Origin: an uncultured Flavobacteriaceae bacterium | GTDB lineage: Bacteria > Bacteroidota > Bacteroidia > Flavobacteriales > Flavobacteriaceae | Direction of reading: 5' to 3' | Length of the DNA stretch: 64,000 nucleotides | Assembly (NCBI GenBank): GCA_947500435.1 | Contig: CANMRV010000003.1 | Coordinates: 291,271 to 355,270, forward strand | Shown here: positions 27,638-36,683 of the stretch, in pieces | Position numbering within the stretch: the stretch's first letter is position 1 | How the letters are laid out: every line of letters begins with the position of its first letter | Notes under the pieces: generated by a model | Seen by the model: the letters and a program-made list of their open reading frames with translations, nothing else | What the model was told of the DNA's origin: nothing | Database searches by the model: none | Position numbers and translations under genes: made by a program

Positions 27638-28963
27638 ATGAATTCCTCATCTTTGCAAGATAAAGAAATCCGTTGTTCAATAAATTCTATTGCCTTGAAA
27701 AATCTTTCGGAAAGAGATAAAGAACATTTGTGGCACCCGTTGACGCAACACAAATTGAATCCTGAAATGTTGCCTATCGTAAAGGCAAAGGGTGCTGTTT
27801 TGTATGATGAGGAGGGCAATGAATATATAGATGGAATTGCCTCATGGTACACGACCATGTATGGCCATTGTAACCCGCACATTACTGAAGCTATGACACG
27901 GCAAATGCAAGAACTTGATTTTGTAATGTTCAGTGGCTTTACCCATAAACCTGCGATAGAACTTTCTGAACAGCTGATCGCCATTTTGCCAGATAACCAA
28001 GAAAAGATTTTTTTCAATGACAATGGTTCTACCGCTATTGAAGCTGGCATTAAAATGGCTTTACAGTACTATCATAACAGAGGTGACAAAAGAGATACAT
28101 TAATCGCTTTTGAAAATGGATTTCATGGAGATACTTTTGGAGCCATGAGTGCTTCAGGACTTTCATCCTACAATGGTCCATTTGAAGATTTTCTTTTGAA
28201 GGTAGAGCGTATTCCAGTCCCGAAAGACGATACCATTGATGCGGTGCTTCAGCAATTGGAATCTATTCTCAAAAACAATTCATGTGCAGCTTTTATTTTT
28301 GAACCGTTAGTACAAGGCGCGGCTGGTATGAAATTCCATTCCGCAGCTGGACTAGATAAGCTTATAGAAAAATGCAGGCAGCACAATGTCTTGACCATCG
28401 CCGATGAAATCATGACCGGCTTTGGTAAAACGGGAAAAGATTTTGCCAGCGATTATTTGGAGAACAAACCAGATATTATATGTTTGAGCAAAGCCTTAAC
28501 CGCGGGAATGTTCCCTTTGAGTATTACCAGTTGTTCTTTGGATGTTTATAACGCTTTCTTGAGTGATGAGGTTTCAAAGGGTTTTTTTCATGCGCATACT
28601 TTTAGTGCTCACCCATTAGGATGTGCCGCAGCTTTAGCAGGAATTGCACTTCTGAATTCCCCCGAAATTTTAGAACGACGCAAGTACATTGAAAAGGCAC
28701 ATCAAGATTTTGCTTTGGAAGTCAAAAATCACAATTCGGTTCAAGAAGTCCGTTGTAAGGGCGTGATTCTTGCTATTGATTTGAAAGTACAAACCGATAG
28801 ATATGGTTCTTTAAGAGATAAATTGTACAAGCACTTTATGAAGCAAGGTGTAAATCTTCGCCCACTAGGAAATACAATTTATGCCTTACCGCCCTATGTG
28901 ATAACGGATGAGCAGCTACAAGAGGTTTATGATGCTATAAGAGGTGTTCTAGAAGTCGTCTGA
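27638..28963 (+). CDS. bioA: Adenosylmethionine-8-amino-7-oxononanoate aminotransferase
   Basis: Class III aminotransferase motifs FHGDTFGAMS and ADEIMTGFGKTG. Start chosen at the internal ATG (27638, MNSSSLQ), because the track start 27590 overlaps the convergent GT39 gene. Confidence 0.75.
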   Translation: MNSSSLQDKEIRCSINSIALKNLSERDKEHLWHPLTQHKLNPEMLPIVKAKGAVLYDEEGNEYIDGIASWYTTMYGHCNPHITEAMTRQMQELDFVMFSGFTHKPAIELSEQLIAILPDNQEKIFFNDNGSTAIEAGIKMALQYYHNRGDKRDTLIAFENGFHGDTFGAMSASGLSSYNGPFEDFLLKVERIPVPKDDTIDAVLQQLESILKNNSCAAFIFEPLVQGAAGMKFHSAAGLDKLIEKCRQHNVLTIADEIMTGFGKTGKDFASDYLENKPDIICLSKALTAGMFPLSITSCSLDVYNAFLSDEVSKGFFHAHTFSAHPLGCAAALAGIALLNSPEILERRKYIEKAHQDFALEVKNHNSVQEVRCKGVILAIDLKVQTDRYGSLRDKLYKHFMKQGVNLRPLGNTIYALPPYVITDEQLQEVYDAIRGVLEVV

Positions 28964-29383
28964 TTCCTCCTCCAACAAATTGATACTTTCATCATCAGTA
29001 ATCTCTACACGAATGACGTTATATGTCCAATCGTCATCTTCGCCTGTGGCCTCTACGAACAAAGTACCTGAACCATTCGGACCTGAAACGGGAATTTTCA
29101 TGTCCGCCGATTTCTTACCATTGGTATAATTGTAACTGCCTTGAATCATGCCATCTTTTTCAATGGGTGAGCCTAAAACACGTTTGATTTCTTCATCTTG
29201 ATTTATTTTTTCAATCGCGTATTCGTAAGGCTGTGATTCTTCCAAAGCTGAGGTTACTCCCCAAACAATTGAACCCATAAGTATAATAAATATCACTATC
29301 AGGCTAAGGCAACCACCGACAGGTACAACCCATTTCCAGTTTCGTTTCCACCAACTTGGATATTCTACCAATTCATTGTTCAT
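28949..29383 (-). CDS. Small single-pass membrane-anchored protein with acidic C-terminus, unknown function
   Basis: 144 aa. One TM segment (VVPVGGCLSLIVIFIILMGSIVWGV). Overlaps the bioA 3' end by 15 nt, convergently. Confidence 0.45.
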   Translation of the reverse strand: MNNELVEYPSWWKRNWKWVVPVGGCLSLIVIFIILMGSIVWGVTSALEESQPYEYAIEKINQDEEIKRVLGSPIEKDGMIQGSYNYTNGKKSADMKIPVSGPNGSGTLFVEATGEDDDWTYNVIRVEITDDESINLLEEESDDF

Positions 29384-29448
29384 GGTTTATTGAATTTGTT
29401 GTGTAGATGAAGATAAGAACTTTTATTTTTGCCCGATAATTTAATTTC

Positions 29449-30633
29449 GTGATTCAACCAATTTCCATTACTGCTATTAGTTCTATTTCCGCCCTCGGGA
29501 TTTCATCTGAAGAGGTTTGGTCGAATTACAAAATAATGAAACATCTTTTTGAGCAAAGAAAATTTGATGAAAATCAAGAGTGGGTTGCACCTTTGAACAG
29601 AAGTGCTAAAAAGAAGATTGAACAGCTTCGAAATTCGGATTCCAAATACAAGAAGCTTGATGATTCGGTATTGTTTGCCATCTACGCTTCCAGAAATGCA
29701 ATCAAAAATGCTGGCTGGAAAGATGAAAACTTCGGAATAAACATTGGTTCTTCCCGCGGAGCAACAGCTCTTTTTGAGTCCTACCATTCCGAATACCTAA
29801 AAAATAAAAAGGCAGCTACTTTAACATCACCAACTACAACCCTAGGAAACATCTCGTCTTGGGTAGCGCATGATTTAAATTCCCAAGGACCTGAAATATC
29901 ACACTCTATAACTTGCTCTACAGCCTTGCATGCCATGTTAAACGGAATTGCCTGGCTCCAATCAGGAATGGCAGACACTTTTTTAGTAGGAGGAAGTGAG
30001 GCACCACTTACTCCCTTTACGATTGCTCAAATGAAGGCCTTGAAAATTTATTCAAAATCGAATGTCACCCTGAGCGCAGTTGAAGGGAAACCTGACGGAG
30101 TATTTCCCTGCCAAGCCCTAAACCTCAACAAAACCCAAAACACCTTGGTTTTGGGTGAAGGTGCTGCGGTGGCCTGTCTTGAAAAGGGAAAACCTAAGAA
30201 TGCATTGGCCCAAATTGATGGAATTGGTTATGCTACAGAAATCTTGAAACATAATATTTCTATATCGTCAGATGCGGTATGCTTTCAACGTTCCATGCAA
30301 ATGGCTTTGGGGACAACGAATCTATACGAAGTAGATGTAATAGTGATGCACGCCCCTGGAACCATAAAGGGTGATTTATCTGAGTACCAGGCTATCAAAA
30401 AAGTTTTTTGTAACAAAATACCTTTTCTGACAACGAATAAATGGAAAGTTGGTCACACATTTGGAACTTCGGGAATGTTGAGTATTGAAATGGCAGTTTT
30501 AATGTTGCAAAACCAAGAAGTTATAAAAGTGCCTTTTGGTGAAGAGTTTGAACCGCCTTCCAAGATTAGAAAAGTGATGGTCAATGCAGTCGGTTTTGGT
30601 GGAAATGCCGTTAGCATGTTACTATCCGTTTAG
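29449..30633 (+). CDS. Beta-ketoacyl-ACP synthase (KAS I/II-like condensing enzyme), divergent
   Basis: 394 aa. Cys-His-His triad context: ITCSTALHAM, MHAPGTIKGD, GHTFGTSGM. Lies inside the biotin gene neighbourhood. Confidence 0.65.
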   Translation: MIQPISITAISSISALGISSEEVWSNYKIMKHLFEQRKFDENQEWVAPLNRSAKKKIEQLRNSDSKYKKLDDSVLFAIYASRNAIKNAGWKDENFGINIGSSRGATALFESYHSEYLKNKKAATLTSPTTTLGNISSWVAHDLNSQGPEISHSITCSTALHAMLNGIAWLQSGMADTFLVGGSEAPLTPFTIAQMKALKIYSKSNVTLSAVEGKPDGVFPCQALNLNKTQNTLVLGEGAAVACLEKGKPKNALAQIDGIGYATEILKHNISISSDAVCFQRSMQMALGTTNLYEVDVIVMHAPGTIKGDLSEYQAIKKVFCNKIPFLTTNKWKVGHTFGTSGMLSIEMAVLMLQNQEVIKVPFGEEFEPPSKIRKVMVNAVGFGGNAVSMLLSV

Positions 30634-30697
30634 AAGACATCACTTATTTCAAAAAAGATATTATCTTACAAATTATAAATAGGAAACATAATTATTT

Positions 30698-31279
30698 ATG
30701 GAAGAATGGTTCTCAGCTTTGGCTTTATTTGAAAAGATTTATTGGAGTATTGCCCTAATTTCATCACTGATATTTGTCATTCTTCTTATAATGACATTGT
30801 TGGGCGGTGATGCCGAAGATTTTGATGGGGGAGATGTGGATGCTGATATTGAGGGCGATACAGGTATCGGGTTTCAATTCTTATCCTTTAAGAATCTGAT
30901 GGGCTTTTTGACTATTTTCGGATGGTCTGGTATCGCTTGTCTCGATGGGGGCTTATCAAAAACCCTAACGGTTGTGATTTCAGTAATATGCGGATTGCTA
31001 ATGATGTTTGTTATGGCCTCTCTCTTTTATTATCTAGGAAAATTGCAGAGTAGCGGAACTTTAAAATTGAAGAATGCTTTAAATCAAGTAGGTGAGGTAT
31101 ATCTAACAATAGGTGCTAATCGTTCGAAAATTGGTAAGGTGAGCGTAACCGTTCAGGGCACCTTGCGCGAACTTGACGCATTAACTGATGAAGAAAACGA
31201 CCTTGTTCTAGGAAACGTTGTTCGGGTAAAAAATGTGACCGATAACGGAATATTAATAGTTGAACTTTTAAACAAATAA
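30698..31279 (+). CDS. NfeD-like membrane protein (flotillin partner)
   Basis: 193 aa. N-terminal TM segments plus a C-terminal OB-like soluble domain. Immediately upstream of the SPFH/flotillin gene. Confidence 0.55.
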   Translation: MEEWFSALALFEKIYWSIALISSLIFVILLIMTLLGGDAEDFDGGDVDADIEGDTGIGFQFLSFKNLMGFLTIFGWSGIACLDGGLSKTLTVVISVICGLLMMFVMASLFYYLGKLQSSGTLKLKNALNQVGEVYLTIGANRSKIGKVSVTVQGTLRELDALTDEENDLVLGNVVRVKNVTDNGILIVELLNK

Positions 31280-31283
31280 CCAT

Positions 31284-32717
31284 ATGATCTTAATTCCCTT
31301 ACAGATGGGTGGAAGCGCCTCTTTGCTGGCCATTGGCTTTGCAATTCTATTCTTTTTTATCATTATAATTTCATTTATACGCAGATACAAACGTTGTCCC
31401 TCAGATCGTATTTTAGTTGTGTATGGTAAAGTTGGGGGTGGAAATTCTGCCAAATGTATTCATGGTGGTGCGGCATTTATCTGGCCCGTAATTCAAGATT
31501 ATCAATTTCTGGATTTGACACCTATTTCTATTGAGGTGAGTTTGGTCAATGCATTAAGTAAGCAGAACATTCGTGTTAATGTACCTTCTAGATTTACCAT
31601 AGGTGTTTCTACCGAACCAGGTATCATGCAAAATGCCGCTGAGCGTCTTTTAGGTCTGGGTCAAAATGAAATTCAAGAATTGGCACAAGAAATTATATTT
31701 GGACAATTACGTTTAGTTGTCGCTTCAATGGATATTGAGGAAATCAATTCGGATAGAGATAAGTTTTTGACCAATATCTCGCAAAGTGTTGAGTCAGAAT
31801 TAAAGAAAGTAGGTCTAAAGTTAATCAACGTAAACATTACCGATATCGTAGATGAATCAGGGTATATTGAAGCTTTGGGTAAAGAAGCTGCCGCGCACGC
31901 AATTAACGCTGCCCGTAAGTCGGTTGCTGAAAAGACCAGAGATGGTTCTATTGGAGAAGCGAATGCTGTACAAGATGAACGAACGCAAGTAGCTGCTGCA
32001 AATGCCCAGGCCGTCGAGGGTGAGAATATTGCGAAAATCGACGTGGCAAATTCTGATTCGTTAAGACGGCAAAGAGAAGCAGAAGCAGAACGTACAGCGA
32101 TAGCAGCGGAAAAAGTGCAGTCGGCAAAAGCCCTCGAGGAATCTTATGCTGCTGAAAAAGACGCAGAGATTGCAAGAGCAGAACGCGTGAGAAGTTCACA
32201 AGTAGCTGACATTGTAGTACCTGCTGAAATCGATAAAAGAAAAGTGGAGATTGATGCAGAAGCGGAAGCCGAAAAAATACGTAGAAGAGCTAAAGGTGAG
32301 GCCGATGCGATTCTGTTTAAAGCACAGGCTGAAGCACAAGGTCTTTATGAAATTCTAACGAAGCAAGCACAAGGTCTTGACAAAATTGTTCAAGCAGCAG
32401 GTGATGACCCAAAAGATGCCGTGTTATTATTAATTGCCGATAAGCTTCCGGAGTTAGTTAAGACTCAAGCGGAGGCTATTAAGAATATTAAAATAGATAA
32501 AGTAACGGTTTGGGATTCCGGCGCAAAAACTTCCGATGGAAAAGGCTCGACTGCCAACTTTATTTCAGGAATGTACAAGTCTGTTCCGCCGCTTCAAGAA
32601 ATGTTTAATATGGCAGGTATGCAACTACCAGAATATTTGAAAGGAAAAGATGTTGAAGATGGGGAAGTAGGGACTAAGAAAGATTCAAAACCTAAAAAGA
32701 CAAAAGAAGAGGAATAA
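31284..32717 (+). CDS. Flotillin-like SPFH/band-7 domain protein
   Basis: 477 aa. N-terminal TM anchor, SPFH core, long Ala/Glu-rich coiled coil (EAEAERTAIAAEKVQSAKALEESYAAEKDAEIARAER). Confidence 0.75.
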   Translation: MILIPLQMGGSASLLAIGFAILFFFIIIISFIRRYKRCPSDRILVVYGKVGGGNSAKCIHGGAAFIWPVIQDYQFLDLTPISIEVSLVNALSKQNIRVNVPSRFTIGVSTEPGIMQNAAERLLGLGQNEIQELAQEIIFGQLRLVVASMDIEEINSDRDKFLTNISQSVESELKKVGLKLINVNITDIVDESGYIEALGKEAAAHAINAARKSVAEKTRDGSIGEANAVQDERTQVAAANAQAVEGENIAKIDVANSDSLRRQREAEAERTAIAAEKVQSAKALEESYAAEKDAEIARAERVRSSQVADIVVPAEIDKRKVEIDAEAEAEKIRRRAKGEADAILFKAQAEAQGLYEILTKQAQGLDKIVQAAGDDPKDAVLLLIADKLPELVKTQAEAIKNIKIDKVTVWDSGAKTSDGKGSTANFISGMYKSVPPLQEMFNMAGMQLPEYLKGKDVEDGEVGTKKDSKPKKTKEEE

Positions 32718-32736
32718 GACTGTCTGAAGATTAAAC

Positions 32737-32776
32737 AAAGTTCCAAGATATTTCGATGTTTTGGAACTTTTGTATT
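32737..32776 (+). terminator. Rho-independent terminator after the flotillin gene
   Basis: AAAGTTCCAA / TTGGAACTTT 10-bp inverted repeat with a 14-nt loop, followed by TTTGTATTT. Confidence 0.55.
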
Positions 32777-32840
32777 TCAATTTCTTTCATTGACTTTTGA
32801 TTTCGAATAGCTTATTTTTGAGCCAGAATTCAAACAGAAT

Positions 32841-33932
32841 ATGAGCACAACAAGACACAACTGGTCAAAACAGGAAATCCTTGATATTTATAATAAACCC
32901 TTGATGGAATTGCTTTACGAAGCAGCAACTATCCATAGGGAAAATCACGACCCAAATACGGTTCAGGTTTCTACACTTTTGTCTATTAAAACTGGTGGCT
33001 GCCCCGAGGATTGCGGTTACTGTCCGCAAGCTGCTCGTTATCATACTGAAATAGAAGGTAATGACTTGATGACCGTTCCTCATGTGAAAGCTCAGGCATT
33101 GCGTGCCAAGGCTTCGGGAAGTTCAAGAGTTTGTATGGGTGCCGCTTGGCGAAATGTAAAAGACGGACCAGATTTCGACCAAGTTCTTGAAATGGTGCGA
33201 ACCATCAACAAGCTTGATATGGAGGTTTGCTGCACCTTGGGTATGATTACCGAAAACCAAGCAAATCGTTTGGCAGAAGCAGGTCTATATGCTTACAACC
33301 ACAATCTAGATACTTCTGAAGATTATTATAAAGATGTGATTTCTACACGTGCTTTCGAAGACCGCTTGGAAACTATTGACAATGTTCGAAAGAGCAATGT
33401 AACCGTTTGTAGTGGAGGAATTATTGGTATGGGTGAAGCTTTGGAAGATAGAGCAGGAATGTTAGTTGCATTGACTTCTTTGAATCCACAGCCGGAATCG
33501 GTTCCAATTAATGCATTAGTTGCCGTGGAAGGTACGCCAATGGAAGATATGGAACCTATTGCCATTTGGGATATGATTCGTATGGTGGCTACTACACGTA
33601 TTGTAATGCCCGAAACGCAAGTGCGTCTTTCTGCCGGTCGCACAGAAATGAGTAGAGAAGGGCAAGCGATGTGTTTCTTCGCTGGTGCGAATTCTATTTT
33701 TGCTGGGGATAAGTTGCTAACTACACCAAATCCTGATGTAAATGAAGATATGGAGATGTTTAAACTCTTAGGTTTAAATCCCCAAAAACCATTTACTAAG
33801 GTATCGCAACCAAAGACGGTAGAAGCTGAAGATTCGGAGTTACAGCCTTTAGGTGAAAAGCCCAAATGGAGCAGGCCAGGTCATAAAATCGAACGTAACG
33901 AGGAGGCGAAAGTGGCTGCTAAATCGGAATGA
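32841..33932 (+). CDS. bioB: Biotin synthase (radical SAM)
   Basis: 363 aa. CPEDCGYCPQ radical-SAM cysteine motif, typical BioB core, plus a ~40-aa C-terminal extension. Confidence 0.85.
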   Translation: MSTTRHNWSKQEILDIYNKPLMELLYEAATIHRENHDPNTVQVSTLLSIKTGGCPEDCGYCPQAARYHTEIEGNDLMTVPHVKAQALRAKASGSSRVCMGAAWRNVKDGPDFDQVLEMVRTINKLDMEVCCTLGMITENQANRLAEAGLYAYNHNLDTSEDYYKDVISTRAFEDRLETIDNVRKSNVTVCSGGIIGMGEALEDRAGMLVALTSLNPQPESVPINALVAVEGTPMEDMEPIAIWDMIRMVATTRIVMPETQVRLSAGRTEMSREGQAMCFFAGANSIFAGDKLLTTPNPDVNEDMEMFKLLGLNPQKPFTKVSQPKTVEAEDSELQPLGEKPKWSRPGHKIERNEEAKVAAKSE

Positions 33933-34037
33933 TTCAAATCGAAAAGTTATTACTCATCATCTAAATTCTTTAAAAGAACTTTAAGAAATTTTGCTCTTCC
34001 TTTTTCTTAAATTTACAGTTCATCAATTTGAAATTCT

Positions 34038-34895
34038 TTGCAGTTAACTAATATCCCCAGAGTAAAAACCATTTCAAAACAAGATTTTGTACGACTTTAT
34101 TTAAAGCCGCAAAAGCCTGTTATTATTGAGGAATTTGATGATGGCTGGGCCGCACATTCCAAATGGAGTTTGGACTATATCAAGCAAGTTGCTGGGGATA
34201 AAACTGTGCCACTTTATGACGATCGCCCCGTACATCATGATGATGGTTTTAATGAGCCACATGCTGAAATGAAGATGTCAGACTATATCGACTTATTGAA
34301 AAGGGAACCAACTAAATTTCGAATTTTTCTTTGGAATGTACTTAAGGAAGTGCCTGTTTTGCAAAAGGACTTTTCATATCCCGATTTTGGCATTCGCTTA
34401 TTGAAAGGTGTACCGATGTTGTTCTTTGGGGGAAAAGATTCGCATACTTTCATGCATCATGATATTGATTTTGCTAACATTTTTCATTTTCATTTTGAAG
34501 GGGAAAAGCTGTGTATTCTTTTTCCACAATCAGAGAATAAATATTTATATCGGGTACCGCATTCGATTATAACACACGAAAGTATAGATTTTTCAAATCC
34601 TGATTTTGAGAAATGGCCCGCTTTGCGGAAAGCAAATGGTTTTAAATCCGTTTTGAAACATGGTGAGGTTTTGTATATGCCTGAAGGTTATTGGCATTAT
34701 ATGAAATATTTGACACCTGGTTTTTCGATGAGCTTACGAGCATTGGCTAGAAATCCTTTAAACTTTTTAGAAGCGGCATATAATATTTTTTTGATGCGTC
34801 ACTTTGATATTGTAATGCGAAAATTACAAGGGCAAAAATGGATAGATAGAAAGAATAAAAGGGCTATTGAGCGAACGAATAGAGCGCTGATATAG
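34038..34895 (+). CDS. Cupin-like / JmjC-domain protein
   Basis: 285 aa. Apparent TTG start, the first start-like codon after an in-frame stop. Cupin_8/JmjC-type layout with FMHHD...HYM-type metal-ligand pattern. Confidence 0.5.
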   Translation: MQLTNIPRVKTISKQDFVRLYLKPQKPVIIEEFDDGWAAHSKWSLDYIKQVAGDKTVPLYDDRPVHHDDGFNEPHAEMKMSDYIDLLKREPTKFRIFLWNVLKEVPVLQKDFSYPDFGIRLLKGVPMLFFGGKDSHTFMHHDIDFANIFHFHFEGEKLCILFPQSENKYLYRVPHSIITHESIDFSNPDFEKWPALRKANGFKSVLKHGEVLYMPEGYWHYMKYLTPGFSMSLRALARNPLNFLEAAYNIFLMRHFDIVMRKLQGQKWIDRKNKRAIERTNRALI

Positions 34896-34900
34896 GTTTT

Positions 34901-35377
34901 TCAGGGAATTAGTTCCTTCACCTTCCCATAAACCAAATGACTTTCCCAACCGCGATATAGTAGGTAATCTGCTAATTTCTTTCTTCTTTTTTGCACGTTG
35001 GTTTCTTTTATGGCATCTAGGCGTTTTAAAGAAAGCGCATCCAGGGTACTTAGGTACGATTCATCTTCAATTTCTTTCAAAGCAGTTTTGATATTGTATT
35101 TTGAAATTCCCCGAAACTTCAATTCATTGATAATTCGATTTCGACCCCATTTTTTAATATTGAATTTGCCTCGGGCAAAACTTTGCGCAAACCGCTCTTC
35201 GTTCAGATAGTTCTCTTGAATTAGATGCGTGACAATTTCATCTATCGCTTGAGGAATCATGTTCATATCACGAAGCTTTTGAACTACTTCTTTATGGCAG
35301 CGCTCTTGGTAAGCGCAGTAACCTTCCAGTTTTCTGGTCGCCTCTTTAAGGGTGTAGGTCTCAGTTTTCTTATACAA
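34901..35377 (-). CDS. recX: Regulatory protein RecX
   Basis: 158 aa. LEGYCAYQERCHKEV...RGISK...LLYRGW match the RecX three-helical-repeat family. Confidence 0.7.
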   Translation of the reverse strand: MYKKTETYTLKEATRKLEGYCAYQERCHKEVVQKLRDMNMIPQAIDEIVTHLIQENYLNEERFAQSFARGKFNIKKWGRNRIINELKFRGISKYNIKTALKEIEDESYLSTLDALSLKRLDAIKETNVQKRRKKLADYLLYRGWESHLVYGKVKELIP

Positions 35378-35419
35378 GATTATTTCTTTGATTATAAATT
35401 AAATCGAAATTAAAACGGA

Positions 35420-36229
35420 TTAATGTGTAATGGCGGCAACGGCCAACCCAACTAAAAAACTCATCATCATCATAATGACACCTGAAATTGCTAGGATTCC
35501 AAAAAATTTAAAAAGCTTTAAGATTGATTCTACTACTTTTAGTCCATGAAGTTTTCCATAGGCATATGTGTAGTAGATGACTAATAAGACAATGGATATT
35601 AAATAAACCGATGGATCTGTAAATACACAAATGGTGAATATTATTGATGTGGTTAAAAAGCTAAACCCTTGAATATAGCTGTTAATGACTAAGTGTTCGC
35701 CATAATTATAAGGTTTTCTATAAGTCAAAAAAGCTAGAAAAGTATAGAATGGTAGAAAGACTATGACCAATAAATTGAAGTACTTGAGCATAAAAGAACT
35801 TAACTCAGTTATTAGTTCCATTGTTTCTTCTTTATATGAGATAGCATCAAAATTTTCTCCTAGTTGCTTTTCCATGATACCGGCCATCATTTCTACAGAT
35901 TGCCTATTTGATTCAATATTTAGAGCCAAATAGTCTTCTGCAAAAAAATTAAACACAAATAATGCCACTGCAGCGCCCAAAGCCAACATCGTGAACGGAT
36001 TCATGTATTTTTTTCTCGTTCCACCGATATATTCTTTAAATAGAACTTGAGGTTTTTGAATAAGCATTCTTATCGTAAAAAAAAATTTGTTATCCCAGCC
36101 AAAAACATTTGTGGCAAAATCTGAAAACAATTTTTTTACCGTTATTCTCTCTGTAACAACTTTTGCTCCACAGTTACCACAATAATTTTTGGCGTAACCC
36201 ATATATAAGGAACAATTCGTACAAGTCAT
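35420..36229 (-). CDS. Membrane protein with N-terminal zinc-ribbon (DUF3667-like)
   Basis: 269 aa. MTCTNCSLYMGYAKNYCGNCGAKV zinc ribbon, then several TM helices. Confidence 0.5.
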   Translation of the reverse strand: MTCTNCSLYMGYAKNYCGNCGAKVVTERITVKKLFSDFATNVFGWDNKFFFTIRMLIQKPQVLFKEYIGGTRKKYMNPFTMLALGAAVALFVFNFFAEDYLALNIESNRQSVEMMAGIMEKQLGENFDAISYKEETMELITELSSFMLKYFNLLVIVFLPFYTFLAFLTYRKPYNYGEHLVINSYIQGFSFLTTSIIFTICVFTDPSVYLISIVLLVIYYTYAYGKLHGLKVVESILKLFKFFGILAISGVIMMMMSFLVGLAVAAITH

Positions 36230-36343
36230 TTTGGTTGGCTTTATAGGTTTTGTGGAATATGGTGTTTACCAGATATCTTCTTTGTATAGTATCTTGGTAT
36301 GGAATCTCAATTAATAATAATCTGATTTTTCCTAATGGAAATC

Positions 36344-36544
36344 TTATATATTTCGTTCGAAATAAAGATAATGATACACCGCAGCACCAAAGGTAACGGC
36401 ATCAGTTGAGGTAAGAGACCAACCATCTTTGGCATATTGATCTAAGAGCTCCTGAATTTTCTTTGTGGCGTCTTTTATAATATGCTTGGTATCGAACGTT
36501 ACTTTGGTATAGAGAAGAAAAGATTCTACTTTGTATTCTTTCAT
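36344..36544 (-). CDS. DUF4177-like small protein
   Basis: 66 aa, MKEYKVESF...DGWSLTS pattern. Confidence 0.4.
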   Translation of the reverse strand: MKEYKVESFLLYTKVTFDTKHIIKDATKKIQELLDQYAKDGWSLTSTDAVTFGAAVYHYLYFERNI

Positions 36545-36623
36545 GGTAAGTGATTTAGTTCAAGGAAAATACAAAAATATAAGAGATCCTACCTTCACGA
36601 GAGTGAAAATAAAACCTTGGCCC

Positions 36624-36660
36624 ATAAAAAAAGCGACCCCTCGTTGCCGAAAGGTCGCTT
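36624..36660 (-). terminator. Rho-independent terminator downstream of the RNase G gene
   Basis: On the minus strand: AAGCGACC-tttcggcaacgagg-GGTCGCTT, followed by TTTTTTTAT. Confidence 0.6.
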
Positions 36661-36683
36661 AAATTTTCAATAGCCATTATGGC

